DNA from: Candidatus Izemoplasmatales bacterium
GTDB lineage: Bacteria > Bacillota_I > Bacilli_A > Izemoplasmatales > Hujiaoplasmataceae
Assembly: GCA_050949045.1 (NCBI GenBank)
Contig: JBMNEZ010000001.1
Coordinates: forward strand, 64,001-128,000
Direction: 5' to 3'
DNA: 64,000 nucleotides
The translations under genes and the position numbers were made by a program. Of the stretch, positions 49,095 through 59,326 are shown one piece after another. Within the stretch, counting starts at the first letter, position 1. The number at the start of each line of letters is the position of its first letter. The notes under the pieces are model-generated. The model made no database searches, was not told the DNA's origin, and was given only the letters and a program-made list of their open reading frames with translations.

Positions 49095-50525
49095 ATGAAA
49101 CAAAAAAAGATGGCAACAACGCTCTTATCGTTTTTTCTGCTTTTTGTATTAGCATTGACCGTAGCTTGCACGAATTCTACGACGACGCAGCTTAGCATTA
49201 CCTTTGATTTGAACTATGAAAATGCTACTAGTCTGACGCAAAAAGTTTCTTACGGCGAATATCCCACAAAACCTGCTGATCCTCAAAGAGCAAAGTACGC
49301 CTTTTTAGGCTGGTACAGTGATAAAGATTTCCAACAGGAAGCAGATTTTGGCCAAGCCATTTCTACCAATGTAACATTTTATGCAAAATGGGAACTAAGA
49401 CAAGTAACAGTTATTTTTGATTATAACTATCCCGGCTCGGCTTCATCTAACCTTGATATAGACATTGGCGGTAATGCATCACGTCCGAAATCGCCCACGA
49501 GAGAAAACTACTTGTTTATCGGCTGGTTTACCGATGCCGAAGGAAATGATGAATTCGATTTTGATATTACCCTAATGGAAGACATTACTGTTTATGCAAA
49601 GTGGGAAGAGGTAAATAATTCTGTTCACGAGCATGTCGATGCGGATAATGACAATATATGCGATGAATGCGGGGAACCGATTTCTGCTCATGAGCATATT
49701 GATGCGAATAATGACAATATATGTGATGAATGCGGTAAAAAAATTGACGATAACATTATAACGTTAACATATTTTTGGAATTATGAAGGTGCTCCTGATA
49801 ATGGAGTGTATGACACAATTTATATGACCAAGAATAGAAAACCAAGCAAAATTAAAGCCAATCGGGATGGTTATTTTTTCTACGATTGGTTTACCGACCA
49901 AGAACTTACAAACAGGTTTGACATAAATGAAAGAGTAAATGAGGATATGACTTTGTATGCGTGCTGGTATTCAATTTACACCTTTGAAGCAGAGTATACA
50001 TATCTTGAAGAAATGGAAGGTCTAGGATATTCGGGTGATGCGTCTGGACTTAATGTGATAGAGCCTGATCATTACTCAATGAATGCCAGCAACGGCTATT
50101 ATGTTGGCTGGCTGTTTAATCCCGGACTTACAATAGAGTTCAACTTGACTTGCTCCGAGAGTACGGATACTGCTCATCTGGCGCTGAGGCTCAGCGCAGA
50201 GTTTCAGGATCTGATACTTAATTGGAAAGAGTTTACCGTTCAGGTGAATGGCACTAATTTGGTGTATGACGATATTTATTTTCTCAATGTTCCTGATGGT
50301 TCGGCAGATACAAAACGTCCATTTACTACGCACATCGTATCTAATAGAGTAACCCTTAACGAAGGTGAAAATGTTATTAAACTGATAGTAAGCAACGAAA
50401 ACAAGGGCGAGGGCGGCACAATGAGGGCTTCTGCGCCTATGGTAGACTGCATAATAATTTATTCTGACGCTCTAGTTGAATGGGGCGAAGGTTATCCCTT
50501 GACCGATAATCTCGATGGCAGATAA
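49095..50525 (+). CDS. Lipoprotein with three InlB B-repeats, two Asp/Cys repeats and a C-terminal CBM6/35-like domain
   Basis: Lipobox LTVAC; three 'F.GW(Y/F).D...T.YA.W'-like repeats; two HEHxDAxNDNICDECG repeats; 'FEAEY' domain start. Confidence 0.78.
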   Translation: MKQKKMATTLLSFFLLFVLALTVACTNSTTTQLSITFDLNYENATSLTQKVSYGEYPTKPADPQRAKYAFLGWYSDKDFQQEADFGQAISTNVTFYAKWELRQVTVIFDYNYPGSASSNLDIDIGGNASRPKSPTRENYLFIGWFTDAEGNDEFDFDITLMEDITVYAKWEEVNNSVHEHVDADNDNICDECGEPISAHEHIDANNDNICDECGKKIDDNIITLTYFWNYEGAPDNGVYDTIYMTKNRKPSKIKANRDGYFFYDWFTDQELTNRFDINERVNEDMTLYACWYSIYTFEAEYTYLEEMEGLGYSGDASGLNVIEPDHYSMNASNGYYVGWLFNPGLTIEFNLTCSESTDTAHLALRLSAEFQDLILNWKEFTVQVNGTNLVYDDIYFLNVPDGSADTKRPFTTHIVSNRVTLNEGENVIKLIVSNENKGEGGTMRASAPMVDCIIIYSDALVEWGEGYPLTDNLDGR

Positions 50526-50535
50526 TTGAGGAGAA

Positions 50536-53484
50536 GTGCTAATGATTTTTAAACGCTTATTAGAAAAAAAACCATCGCGTTTTTGGTTTATATTCACGGT
50601 TATTATCAGCGTATTAATGATTGCAATCAATGCTGTCGCCATTTATTGGAGCGGTATAATCAGCATTGCATTACGCGGTGATATAGCGCACAAGGCGGAA
50701 AATGCCGAGGATGCAGTGGTGTATTACGAAAAAAGCACCTCAAGCAAGGATGAAGCTAATGCCCAAGCGCAAAGCATTACGCAAAGGATTGCCGAAGAGG
50801 GCTTTATTTTGTTGAAAAACGACAACGCCTTGCCTTTGAAAAAATCTGCGCAAGTGTCCGTCTTTGGCAAAAACTCTGTTAATCTCGTTTATGGCGGCTC
50901 GGGCTCGGGTGGTGGCGACGCTACGCTTCCAAAAAAGACGCTTTATGAAAGTCTTACATCACAGGGGATTGTTTTTAATCCAGTACTGAAAGCGTTTTAC
51001 GAGGATAACACTCTATCGGGACCCGGTAGAGAAAGTAATTCCGGCGACTTAGACAGTGGCGATACAGTCACTATTGGAACTGGAGAAACGCCACAAAGCA
51101 GTTATACCAACACTGTCAAGAACAGTTATGCAGATTATGCGGACGCGGCCATTGTCGTTTTTTCAAGAGTTGGCGGCGAAGGCTTTGATTTGCCTATGGT
51201 AGGCGCCAACGGCGCAAGGCATTATCTTGATTTAGATACAAATGAAAGAGACTTGCTTGAAAGTGTTTGTGCATCTGACTTTGAACATGTAATTGTTGTT
51301 CTCAACACTTTAAACATAATGGAAACAGGCTTTTTAAATGAATATGACGGAAAAATAGATGCCTGTATTTGGATTGGAGGACCAGGTTCAACAGGGATTA
51401 TGGCCTTGGGGAGAATACTTGACGGTACTGTTACTCCTTCAGGCCATACAACCAACACATGGCCCTATGATTTTAAAAAAGATCCTACTTGGAATAATTT
51501 TTCTGAAAGAGGAATATCAAAAGGTGACATCTATTTTAACACCGAAACGAACAAAAACACAGCGTATAACTACGTAAATTATGAAGAAGGAATTTATGTC
51601 GGTTATCGTTATTATGAGACGCGCGCTGCACAGGAACGTGAAAAAAACGGAAACGATAATTGGTATATAGAAAACGTTGCATTTCCATTCGGTTATGGGT
51701 TAAGTTACACCACTTTTAAATGGGAATTGACAAATAGTCAAAGCATAGATGGTGTTAAAATAAATAAGAATGGAAATTACTCAGTAACAGTCAATGTAAT
51801 TAATACAGGTTCTTATAAGGGCAAGGAAGTAGTTCAAATGTATGCAAAACTTCCTTATACAGCAAATGGTGTAGAGAAACCTTATGTGGTTTTGTGCGGT
51901 TATGCAAAAACAGATATGCTGTACCCTACCGCTGAAAAAGCAATTAATGCAGAAGAGGCAGCGGGAAATAAAAAGCCAAATTCCCAAAAAATCACGATCA
52001 CGTTTTCGCCTTATGATATCGCTTCTTACGATTACAGCAAAAAAAGCGGTCACGAAGGATACATAATTGAAAGTGGTGCTTATGAGCTCTTGTTGTGCAG
52101 CGATGCACACACAAGCAAGTTTTCTGTGCCGTTTAGTGTCGAAGATGACATTGTTTACGAAAACGATCCCATAACAAATACAAGAGTAGTCAACAGATAC
52201 ACCAATTGCGCAGACAGTGCTTTCAATTCGGATACGATGATTGCGGACTTCCAAATGAGCAGAAATGACTTATCTATCCTACCGGATGCGTATCAGGACG
52301 CCGACAGACAAGTTACAACTGAGTTTATCAACTTAATTGCAGACTTAACGCATAATAATCCAAACGCCGCCGGTATTACTGAAATGCCTAAACAAGGTAA
52401 GGTTGCAACAATGGATTTGGCGGGAGTGTTACAATATGACGCGGCAACCCAGACTTACTACGCAAACTACGATGACAATGCGAGTTGGGATGTTATTCTA
52501 GATGCTGTTTCTATCAACTCCATGCTAAATATGTATAACACCGCTGCATTTAAAACTAACAAGATCGATAACATTAACAAGCCTCAGACACTCGAATCCG
52601 ACGGACCTGTGGGATGGTGTAATTTCATTTCGCTTACTGATCCAACTTGGAAAGGAAACAATGTTTATACCTCACAGGTTGTTATGTCCGCAACATGGAA
52701 TGTCGATTTAATCGAGGAAATGGGCAAATGCGTAGGGGAAGAAGGCTTATGGGGCGCAGTTAACTCCGATGGTCGCCCTTACAGCGGCTGGTATGCGCCT
52801 GGAGTGAATATCCATCGCTCGCAATTTGGCGGTAGAAACTTTGAGTATTTTTCTGAAGATAGCTATTTGACAGGCACAATGGGCGCAGCGGAAATAAAAG
52901 GCTGCCAGTCAAAGGGCGTTTATTGCTATGTGAAGCATTTTGCGGTAAACGAACAGGAAACTCATCGAATGGGGGCCTGCAACTGGCTTACCGAGCAGGC
53001 TTTGCGTGAACTGTATCTAAAACCGTTTGAGATAGTGGTCAAGCAGGGAAAAACAAGAGCCATGATGTCCAGCTTTACACGTATAGGAACAAGATGGACA
53101 GGCGGAGATTATAGGCTTTTGACAGAGATATTACGTGACGAATGGGGATTTAGAGGCACAGTTATTTGCGATTACAATGCGACAAGCAATTTTATGAATT
53201 GTAGACAAATGGTATATGCAGGCGGAGATTTAAATCTTTGTTCCTCCATTAGTAAGCAATGGAATGACTTTGACAGTACATCTGCCGTAGATGTAACAAT
53301 GTTGAGAAACGCAACAAAAAATGTGCTCTATACTGTGGCCAACTCAAACGCTATGAATAGTCTAAGCTATTATTACACGCTCGCTACATGGAAGATTTGC
53401 CTTATTGTGGCAGATGTTTTGACTGTGTTGGGTCTTGCAGTATGGGGAATTCTAGCCATTCGCAAATCACGTAAAATGCTTTAA
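50536..53484 (+). CDS. Membrane-anchored GH3 glycosidase (inverted domain order)
   Basis: N- and C-terminal TMs; 'ILLKND', 'FPFGYGLSY', 'GGRNFEYFSED', 'KHFAVN' and 'GFRGTVICD' motifs. Confidence 0.9.
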   Translation: MLMIFKRLLEKKPSRFWFIFTVIISVLMIAINAVAIYWSGIISIALRGDIAHKAENAEDAVVYYEKSTSSKDEANAQAQSITQRIAEEGFILLKNDNALPLKKSAQVSVFGKNSVNLVYGGSGSGGGDATLPKKTLYESLTSQGIVFNPVLKAFYEDNTLSGPGRESNSGDLDSGDTVTIGTGETPQSSYTNTVKNSYADYADAAIVVFSRVGGEGFDLPMVGANGARHYLDLDTNERDLLESVCASDFEHVIVVLNTLNIMETGFLNEYDGKIDACIWIGGPGSTGIMALGRILDGTVTPSGHTTNTWPYDFKKDPTWNNFSERGISKGDIYFNTETNKNTAYNYVNYEEGIYVGYRYYETRAAQEREKNGNDNWYIENVAFPFGYGLSYTTFKWELTNSQSIDGVKINKNGNYSVTVNVINTGSYKGKEVVQMYAKLPYTANGVEKPYVVLCGYAKTDMLYPTAEKAINAEEAAGNKKPNSQKITITFSPYDIASYDYSKKSGHEGYIIESGAYELLLCSDAHTSKFSVPFSVEDDIVYENDPITNTRVVNRYTNCADSAFNSDTMIADFQMSRNDLSILPDAYQDADRQVTTEFINLIADLTHNNPNAAGITEMPKQGKVATMDLAGVLQYDAATQTYYANYDDNASWDVILDAVSINSMLNMYNTAAFKTNKIDNINKPQTLESDGPVGWCNFISLTDPTWKGNNVYTSQVVMSATWNVDLIEEMGKCVGEEGLWGAVNSDGRPYSGWYAPGVNIHRSQFGGRNFEYFSEDSYLTGTMGAAEIKGCQSKGVYCYVKHFAVNEQETHRMGACNWLTEQALRELYLKPFEIVVKQGKTRAMMSSFTRIGTRWTGGDYRLLTEILRDEWGFRGTVICDYNATSNFMNCRQMVYAGGDLNLCSSISKQWNDFDSTSAVDVTMLRNATKNVLYTVANSNAMNSLSYYYTLATWKICLIVADVLTVLGLAVWGILAIRKSRKML

Positions 53485-53659
53485 TGATGACTAGTCAATA
53501 GGATAGCGACAAATCACTTGCGAAAGCATAGGGAATACAACTGTGTCATCAATAACCCAAGATTATGAAACATTATGCAATTAGAATATATGAACTGACA
53601 ATATTAAATAATTTTAATAATAGGTTATTTTCGTATTTCCATGCTTTTGATGAACTTAC

Positions 53660-53694
53660 ATGATGATAAAGCCCTCCCGATTAAGGAGGGCTTT
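53660..53694 (+). repeat. Right copy of the 35 bp direct repeat
   Basis: ATGATGATAAAGCCCTCCCGATTAAGGAGGGCTTT. Confidence 0.85.
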
Positions 53695-54026
53695 ATGATA
53701 CAAAATTTACATTTTCATTGAATACTTTCGACACTACACATTATTGGATAATATACAAACAATACTACATAATCAATTCGAATACGTAAATATTAACCCT
53801 ATGTTGGAATAAGTTTTACTGGATTTGTATTGATAAATTTCTTTCAAAACGTCCGCAACACATATTATTCACTCAATAATATATTTAATCATGAACAATG
53901 TTTTTTATCTTGATTTGTATATCTGTTTGCTAAATTGAGCTATTTTTTAGATGGCAATACTTGTATACTGTTTTTTAATTACGTGCTATAATACAGTAAA
54001 CTTTTGAAACACTACTGGAGGTATTT

Positions 54027-55445
54027 ATGTTTCTTTCAACTTTTCAAAACAGCAACTATTTTTACTGGCAATTGGTTATCCAATTTGGGATTGTATCGTT
54101 AATGTTACTGATTGCCAATATTATCCGACGAAAAGTTAAAGTATTCAGGAATTTGTTGTTTCCTACCGCTATCATAGCGGGGTTTATCGGATTAGGCGTC
54201 AAGTATCTGATTTTTGGATTAGATGTTCAAATTGACGGACAATTGATATTGACCAATGATTTTTTAGAAGCGGTTACCTATCATACCATTGCGCTCGGAT
54301 TTATTTCTATGGGATTAAAAAGTTTCAAAGATGAAAGCACCAAAAAATATAATGGCAAACCTTTTAAAACGGGTTTGGTTATCGTAAACACATATTTACT
54401 ACAAGGTATTGTTGGTGTAGCCATAACGATAATCCTGTCCTATATATTTGTCGAAATAGCTCCTTTTGCCGGATTGCTTTTACCAATGGGCTATGGACAA
54501 GGGCCGGGACAGGCAGCCAATATCGGCGGTTTATTTGAAGAAAACGGTTTTGTCGGTGGGAAGTCATTTGGATTGTCTATTGCGGCCTTCGGCATTCTTT
54601 GGGCTTGCACAGCCGGGATCTATTATATCAATAAAAGATCTAAGGAAGGGAAAATCCAACGAGCTGACGAAGAAATCGCCCAAGTAGTCTCGGCTGAAGA
54701 AATCGAATCAATAGATGAAATTCCTGTTAGTGAAGCGATTGACAAAATGAGTATTCAAATCATTTTGATCAGTGTCACATATGCTTTGAGTTTTCTATTT
54801 ATGAAAACAGTAACGACATTAATCAACATTAAGGAAGTTACCGGATTAATTTGGGGCTTTAACTTTATTTTTGGAATGCTCTTCGCTATGTTTGTCAAGA
54901 TGATTTTGAAGGGCCTAAGAAAAAGCAAACTGATGAAGCGTAAATATACAAACGAATATATGTTAAACCGGATTACCGGTGTGGTATTTGACTATATGAT
55001 AGTTGCCGGTATTATGTCAATCAATATCGAAGTGCTCGCAAATACTGGTTTATGGGTTGGATTGCTGGTAATCACGACCGTTGGGGGCATTTTAACTTAC
55101 CGTTACTTGCGTTATACGGTCAAGAGAATATACCCGGATTACGAACATCAAGCATTTGCGGTTCTGTTTGGAAATTTAGCCGGGACCGCTTCGAATGGCA
55201 TCGCTTTATTGCGAGAAATCGATCCTGATTTTAAAACGCCGGCAGCGGATGACTTAGTCACCGGTTCTTCAACAGCCGTTTTGTTTGGTGCGCCGCTATT
55301 GGCGATCACAGCATTGATATATCAGCCTAAATGGTATTACCTGTGGGGCTCTTGGGTCGTAATGATCATCTTTTTTGTACTTTTTTCTTTCTTACTGTTC
55401 AAGAAGCCCGCTAAAACGAAAAAGGCAAAAAAACAAACTGATTAA
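54027..55445 (+). CDS. GltS-like sodium/glutamate symporter family protein
   Basis: 'PTAIIAGFIGL', 'GYGQGPGQA' and 'G.LAGTASNGIALLREIDP' motifs. Confidence 0.8.
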   Translation: MFLSTFQNSNYFYWQLVIQFGIVSLMLLIANIIRRKVKVFRNLLFPTAIIAGFIGLGVKYLIFGLDVQIDGQLILTNDFLEAVTYHTIALGFISMGLKSFKDESTKKYNGKPFKTGLVIVNTYLLQGIVGVAITIILSYIFVEIAPFAGLLLPMGYGQGPGQAANIGGLFEENGFVGGKSFGLSIAAFGILWACTAGIYYINKRSKEGKIQRADEEIAQVVSAEEIESIDEIPVSEAIDKMSIQIILISVTYALSFLFMKTVTTLINIKEVTGLIWGFNFIFGMLFAMFVKMILKGLRKSKLMKRKYTNEYMLNRITGVVFDYMIVAGIMSINIEVLANTGLWVGLLVITTVGGILTYRYLRYTVKRIYPDYEHQAFAVLFGNLAGTASNGIALLREIDPDFKTPAADDLVTGSSTAVLFGAPLLAITALIYQPKWYYLWGSWVVMIIFFVLFSFLLFKKPAKTKKAKKQTD

Positions 55446-55464
55446 TATACTGCAATTGATTAAC

Positions 55465-55500
55465 AAAATCCGAGTGAAGTGTTTTCATTCGGATTTTTTT
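55465..55500. terminator. Terminator between convergent genes
   Basis: AAAATCCGAGTGAA-gtgtt-TTCATTCGGATTTT followed by further Ts. Confidence 0.75.
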
Positions 55501-55613
55501 GATTTCAAGTGGTCGGAGTTGACGACCATTGCGAAAAGCGTGGATCACAAAGAATGGAGTCCGAAACTAAAAAAAGTCTGTGGAATGAACATCAACGGCC
55601 ACAGGCATTTTAT

Positions 55614-56579
55614 TTATTCAAAAGGGTATTTAAGTTTGATCAACTTACGTATCTGGTCGAGATAAGACATTGATTCTCTCGATGCTTCATGAGTCATGAT
55701 TGGATCTTCCAACAAGCCGTTTTCGATATCATCCGCAAACGCGATAATTTCATGGACAAAACCGTCGCCTTTATAAGGGATTGTGATTTTTTTGCCATCG
55801 ATGGATACTACTTGACAGCCGAAAAATCTTTTAAGTTCGATGCAGGAGTTGCTGTACTCCAGTCTGGCTTTGTTTGAGAGGAACCTTTTCATACTGGAGC
55901 GAAGTCTGATTTTTGCATCGTTTTCATCGGTAATGAGGACGTCGCATTCGGAGTCTACTCCGGTTTTGGTGAATGCGGCGCTTGCGACAATGGTTTTCAC
56001 CGGCACTTTCTTCACATAGTTATACAGGCTGAGATTATATACTCCCAAATCGAGCAGGCTTCCTCCTGCCAGATCAGGGTTCATCAGCCTTTTTTTAGGA
56101 GAACTGAACAGGGCCAAGGGATGACCAAACTCAATGGTTGCCTTTTTGAGATCGCCAAGTTTTCCGGAATCAACCAGACTTTTCACATATTTTACAGCAG
56201 GGAGAAACCTTGTCCACAGCGCTTCCATTATTAAGACATTGTTCGTTTTGGCTGCTTTGATTAGTTCTTCATATTGATGTAGATTGACGGTGATCGGTTT
56301 CTCGACGAGGACATGCTTTTTGTTCTTGATGAACAACAAAGCCAGCTCATAGTGGAAGGTATGAGGCGTTGCGATGTATGCCGCATCGATGACATCGCTT
56401 TTTGCCATATCCGAGTAACTGGAGAATGCATGTTCGAGACCAAGCGCTTTTTTGTATGCTTCAGCCTTATCGATTGTCCGCGAAGCAACAGCGGTTATCA
56501 CGGCGTTATCGACCAACTTGATATCTTTGCAGAATCTCTTGGCGATTCCGCCGGCACCGACGATACCGAATCTTACCAT
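55614..56579 (-). CDS. Gfo/Idh/MocA oxidoreductase
   Basis: 'GIVGAGGIA', 'YIATPH', 'VEKP' and 'GGSLLDLGVY' motifs; RBS GGAGG before ATG 56579. Confidence 0.9.
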   Translation of the reverse strand: MVRFGIVGAGGIAKRFCKDIKLVDNAVITAVASRTIDKAEAYKKALGLEHAFSSYSDMAKSDVIDAAYIATPHTFHYELALLFIKNKKHVLVEKPITVNLHQYEELIKAAKTNNVLIMEALWTRFLPAVKYVKSLVDSGKLGDLKKATIEFGHPLALFSSPKKRLMNPDLAGGSLLDLGVYNLSLYNYVKKVPVKTIVASAAFTKTGVDSECDVLITDENDAKIRLRSSMKRFLSNKARLEYSNSCIELKRFFGCQVVSIDGKKITIPYKGDGFVHEIIAFADDIENGLLEDPIMTHEASRESMSYLDQIRKLIKLKYPFE

Positions 56580-56957
56580 TAGACGTCCTCCGTTTAGAAT
56601 TGACTTTTTTACAGAAAAGCCAATATGCATAATCAAACGATGATTTTTTGTTTCTGTGATAGAGCATACCAAAGATGGTTTGACAGATATTATTTTATGC
56701 GAATTCATCGAAATGCACAATATCAATGAAAGGATTTCCGTAAACCGTTGACGGTAGTTTATCTGATCTTATGCCAAAGTCAATAAATGAATGGTATAAT
56801 TTACATATATGTGAAAGATTACGACTCTCTGTTATAGTGCATATTGACTAATAAAAGTTATTGGCACTGACTGATTTCTCCGTATCAGTTTCTATATACT
56901 GTAATCTCTCGTTTTTCAACTGTATATGGTTTCATCGCGTGTTTTGGAGGAAGACAG

Positions 56958-57761
56958 ATGGCAAACTTGATTAAACACAAGAAAATCTTGATAATTCTCA
57001 CATCATTATTCATTTTGGTGATCCTGGCGAGCCAATTTTTGCGATTGACGTTCTTTACCGATGATCTGACAAAGAAAATGGCCAATGATATTTCTATTAG
57101 GCTGGGCATGGGATTGATATTCTTGTTTATGATGTATTACATGGGGTATTGTCTTTTCAAAAAACCCGGGAAATCGTGGATACAATTACTTTTTGTTTTG
57201 ATTCCGGGTTTATTAATATCCATAAACAACTTTCCGATAAGCGCTTATTTGTCATCGCGAACCACTTTAACCGAGCCAATCCATACTGTCTTTTTTTATG
57301 CGGTTGAGTGTTTGGCAATCGGCTTTTTTGAAGAAACGGTTTTTCGAGGAGTTATTCTGTTGGTTTTGTTACAGAGGTTGCCGCAAACCAAGCGCGGAAG
57401 TTTCATGGCGATCATTGTTTCCTCGGCTCTTTTCGGCTTGACTCATCTTTTCAATTTGTTTGTTGGGGCGGCAGTTCCAGACACGTTGATTCAAGTGGGA
57501 TATTCTTTTTTGATGGGGGCTATGTGGAGTGTGATATATATTGCGACAGAAAACTTGCTGTTCCCCATCCTGCTTCATGCATCCTACAACTTTTTCGGAG
57601 AGGTGTTGTTTCGCCTGGGAACCGTATCAAACCGGTTTGATTTTCCGACCATACTGGTCACTTCCATTTTGGCAGTTTTGGCAATCATGGCATATTCGCT
57701 TGTTTTCTGTAAAATCAAACAAGAGGATCTTGCCAATATCGGCGCAAGCGATTCCCGGTAA
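56958..57761 (+). CDS. CPBP (Abi / type II CAAX) intramembrane protease
   Basis: 'FEETVFRG', 'LFGLTH' and 'LHASYN' motifs. Confidence 0.9.
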   Translation: MANLIKHKKILIILTSLFILVILASQFLRLTFFTDDLTKKMANDISIRLGMGLIFLFMMYYMGYCLFKKPGKSWIQLLFVLIPGLLISINNFPISAYLSSRTTLTEPIHTVFFYAVECLAIGFFEETVFRGVILLVLLQRLPQTKRGSFMAIIVSSALFGLTHLFNLFVGAAVPDTLIQVGYSFLMGAMWSVIYIATENLLFPILLHASYNFFGEVLFRLGTVSNRFDFPTILVTSILAVLAIMAYSLVFCKIKQEDLANIGASDSR

Positions 57762-58012
57762 TCGATTGTATCGCTACTGCAAATTGACTAATTTGTCTTT
57801 TGGTATGGGCAATTATTTGTGAAACAAAATACCGCCATATGTATGAATATTCCCTTTGGGGTCGCCTAAAAATGTTATAATATTGTTAGAGAATTATTTG
57901 TAATGGCGATCATGGGAAATGAAAATAATCCGCTAACGATTCAAAAGAAGAATCATAATATTCTTTATTCTTATATGTGAACATATAGGACAGGACAAAG
58001 GAGCCGCAACAA

Positions 58013-59326
58013 ATGAATTTGACAAATAATTACAAACACTTGGCAATTGACATTGGAGCGAGCGGGGGAACTGCAGTTGTCGGATCTAGCGGTTCTGATC
58101 GGCAAAAACTGCTTGAGGTATACCGCTTTAACAACCAAATGGAAAATTCGGATGCTGGACTGGTATGGAATATCAACCATCTTTTCAAAGAAATCCTGAC
58201 AAGCATCAAGATCGCTTCTGAAAAATATCCCGATCTCAAATCCGTAGGAATTGACACGTGGGGAGTCGACTACGTTTTAATGAACGGCGATGAACCGTTA
58301 CTTCCGGTCTATGCTTATCGAAATGACAGGACAAAGAGCGTGATCGATGAAGTACATGGCATTATCCCCTTTGAAAAATTGTATGGCATGACGGGCTGCC
58401 AGTTCCAAAGGTTCAATACCCTGTATCAGCTATATGCGGACAAACAGGCAAATCGCCTTGAAAAAGCAAGCGACTTTCTGATGTTGCCTGACTATTTCTA
58501 TTACAGACTGACAGGTATAAAAACACATGAGTATACCAATGCAACGACGACCGGAATGGTTAACCCCTTAACCGGAGAATTTGATCAAGATCTTGTTCGG
58601 ACATTGGGAATGCCGAAGCGCTTGTTTCCGAAAATCACGCAACCAGGATTATGTCAACCGGTCAGGAAAGAATATTCAAAAACAGGCTTAATTTCGGTTC
58701 TAGTCGCAACTCATGACACCGCAAGCGCCGTTGAATCCCTTGATATTTCCGGCAACACGATTTATATTTCAAGCGGAACTTGGTCTTTGATTGGTGTCAA
58801 GAGAGACAAGCCGATCCGCTCCGAACAAGCCATGAAAAGCAACTTCACAAATGAAGGCGGGCTTGGCTACACCCGTTTTCAAAAAAATATCATGGGGCTT
58901 TGGATAGTGCAGGAGTTGAAGAGAGAATTCAATATTGAAACCTATGAAGAGATGGTCCGACTGGCTAAGATGAGCTGTTATCAGAAGACCTTTGATGTGA
59001 ATGACTCTCGTTATCTATCTCCGAAATCAATGTATCGAGAAATTGAGATGGAGTTAAGAAAGCGCTATGACAAATCACCGGAAAACAAAGGAGATATCAT
59101 CAATTCCGTCTTCCACAGCTTGGCAAAATGCTATTCGGTGGCTGTCGAGGAAATTGAAACCATCACCGGGAAGAAATACGATTCCATCATCATTTTTGGC
59201 GGAGGAGCCAAAAACAATTATCTCAATTCCTTGGTTGAAAACTACACTAAAAAAACAGTCAATGCGTATCCGATAGAAGCGTCAGCTCTCGGCAACATAA
59301 AAATACAAAGTGAAGTGATAAAATGA
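58013..59326 (+). CDS. rhaB: Rhamnulokinase
   Basis: 'AIDIGASGG', 'GIDTWGVDY', 'HDTASA' and 'SSGTWSL' motifs. Confidence 0.9.
   Translation: MNLTNNYKHLAIDIGASGGTAVVGSSGSDRQKLLEVYRFNNQMENSDAGLVWNINHLFKEILTSIKIASEKYPDLKSVGIDTWGVDYVLMNGDEPLLPVYAYRNDRTKSVIDEVHGIIPFEKLYGMTGCQFQRFNTLYQLYADKQANRLEKASDFLMLPDYFYYRLTGIKTHEYTNATTTGMVNPLTGEFDQDLVRTLGMPKRLFPKITQPGLCQPVRKEYSKTGLISVLVATHDTASAVESLDISGNTIYISSGTWSLIGVKRDKPIRSEQAMKSNFTNEGGLGYTRFQKNIMGLWIVQELKREFNIETYEEMVRLAKMSCYQKTFDVNDSRYLSPKSMYREIEMELRKRYDKSPENKGDIINSVFHSLAKCYSVAVEEIETITGKKYDSIIIFGGGAKNNYLNSLVENYTKKTVNAYPIEASALGNIKIQSEVIK

Larger units (their letters stand above)
41649..53694. mobile_element. tRNA-Lys-associated genomic island without an integrase
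   Basis: Flanking direct repeats, an abrupt shift to AT-richer sequence after the tRNA, and accessory cargo genes. Confidence 0.7.

Noticed and set aside
48652..49736. Short repeats as a CRISPR array
   Set aside because: They are in-frame coding repeats with no unique spacers, and there are no cas genes.
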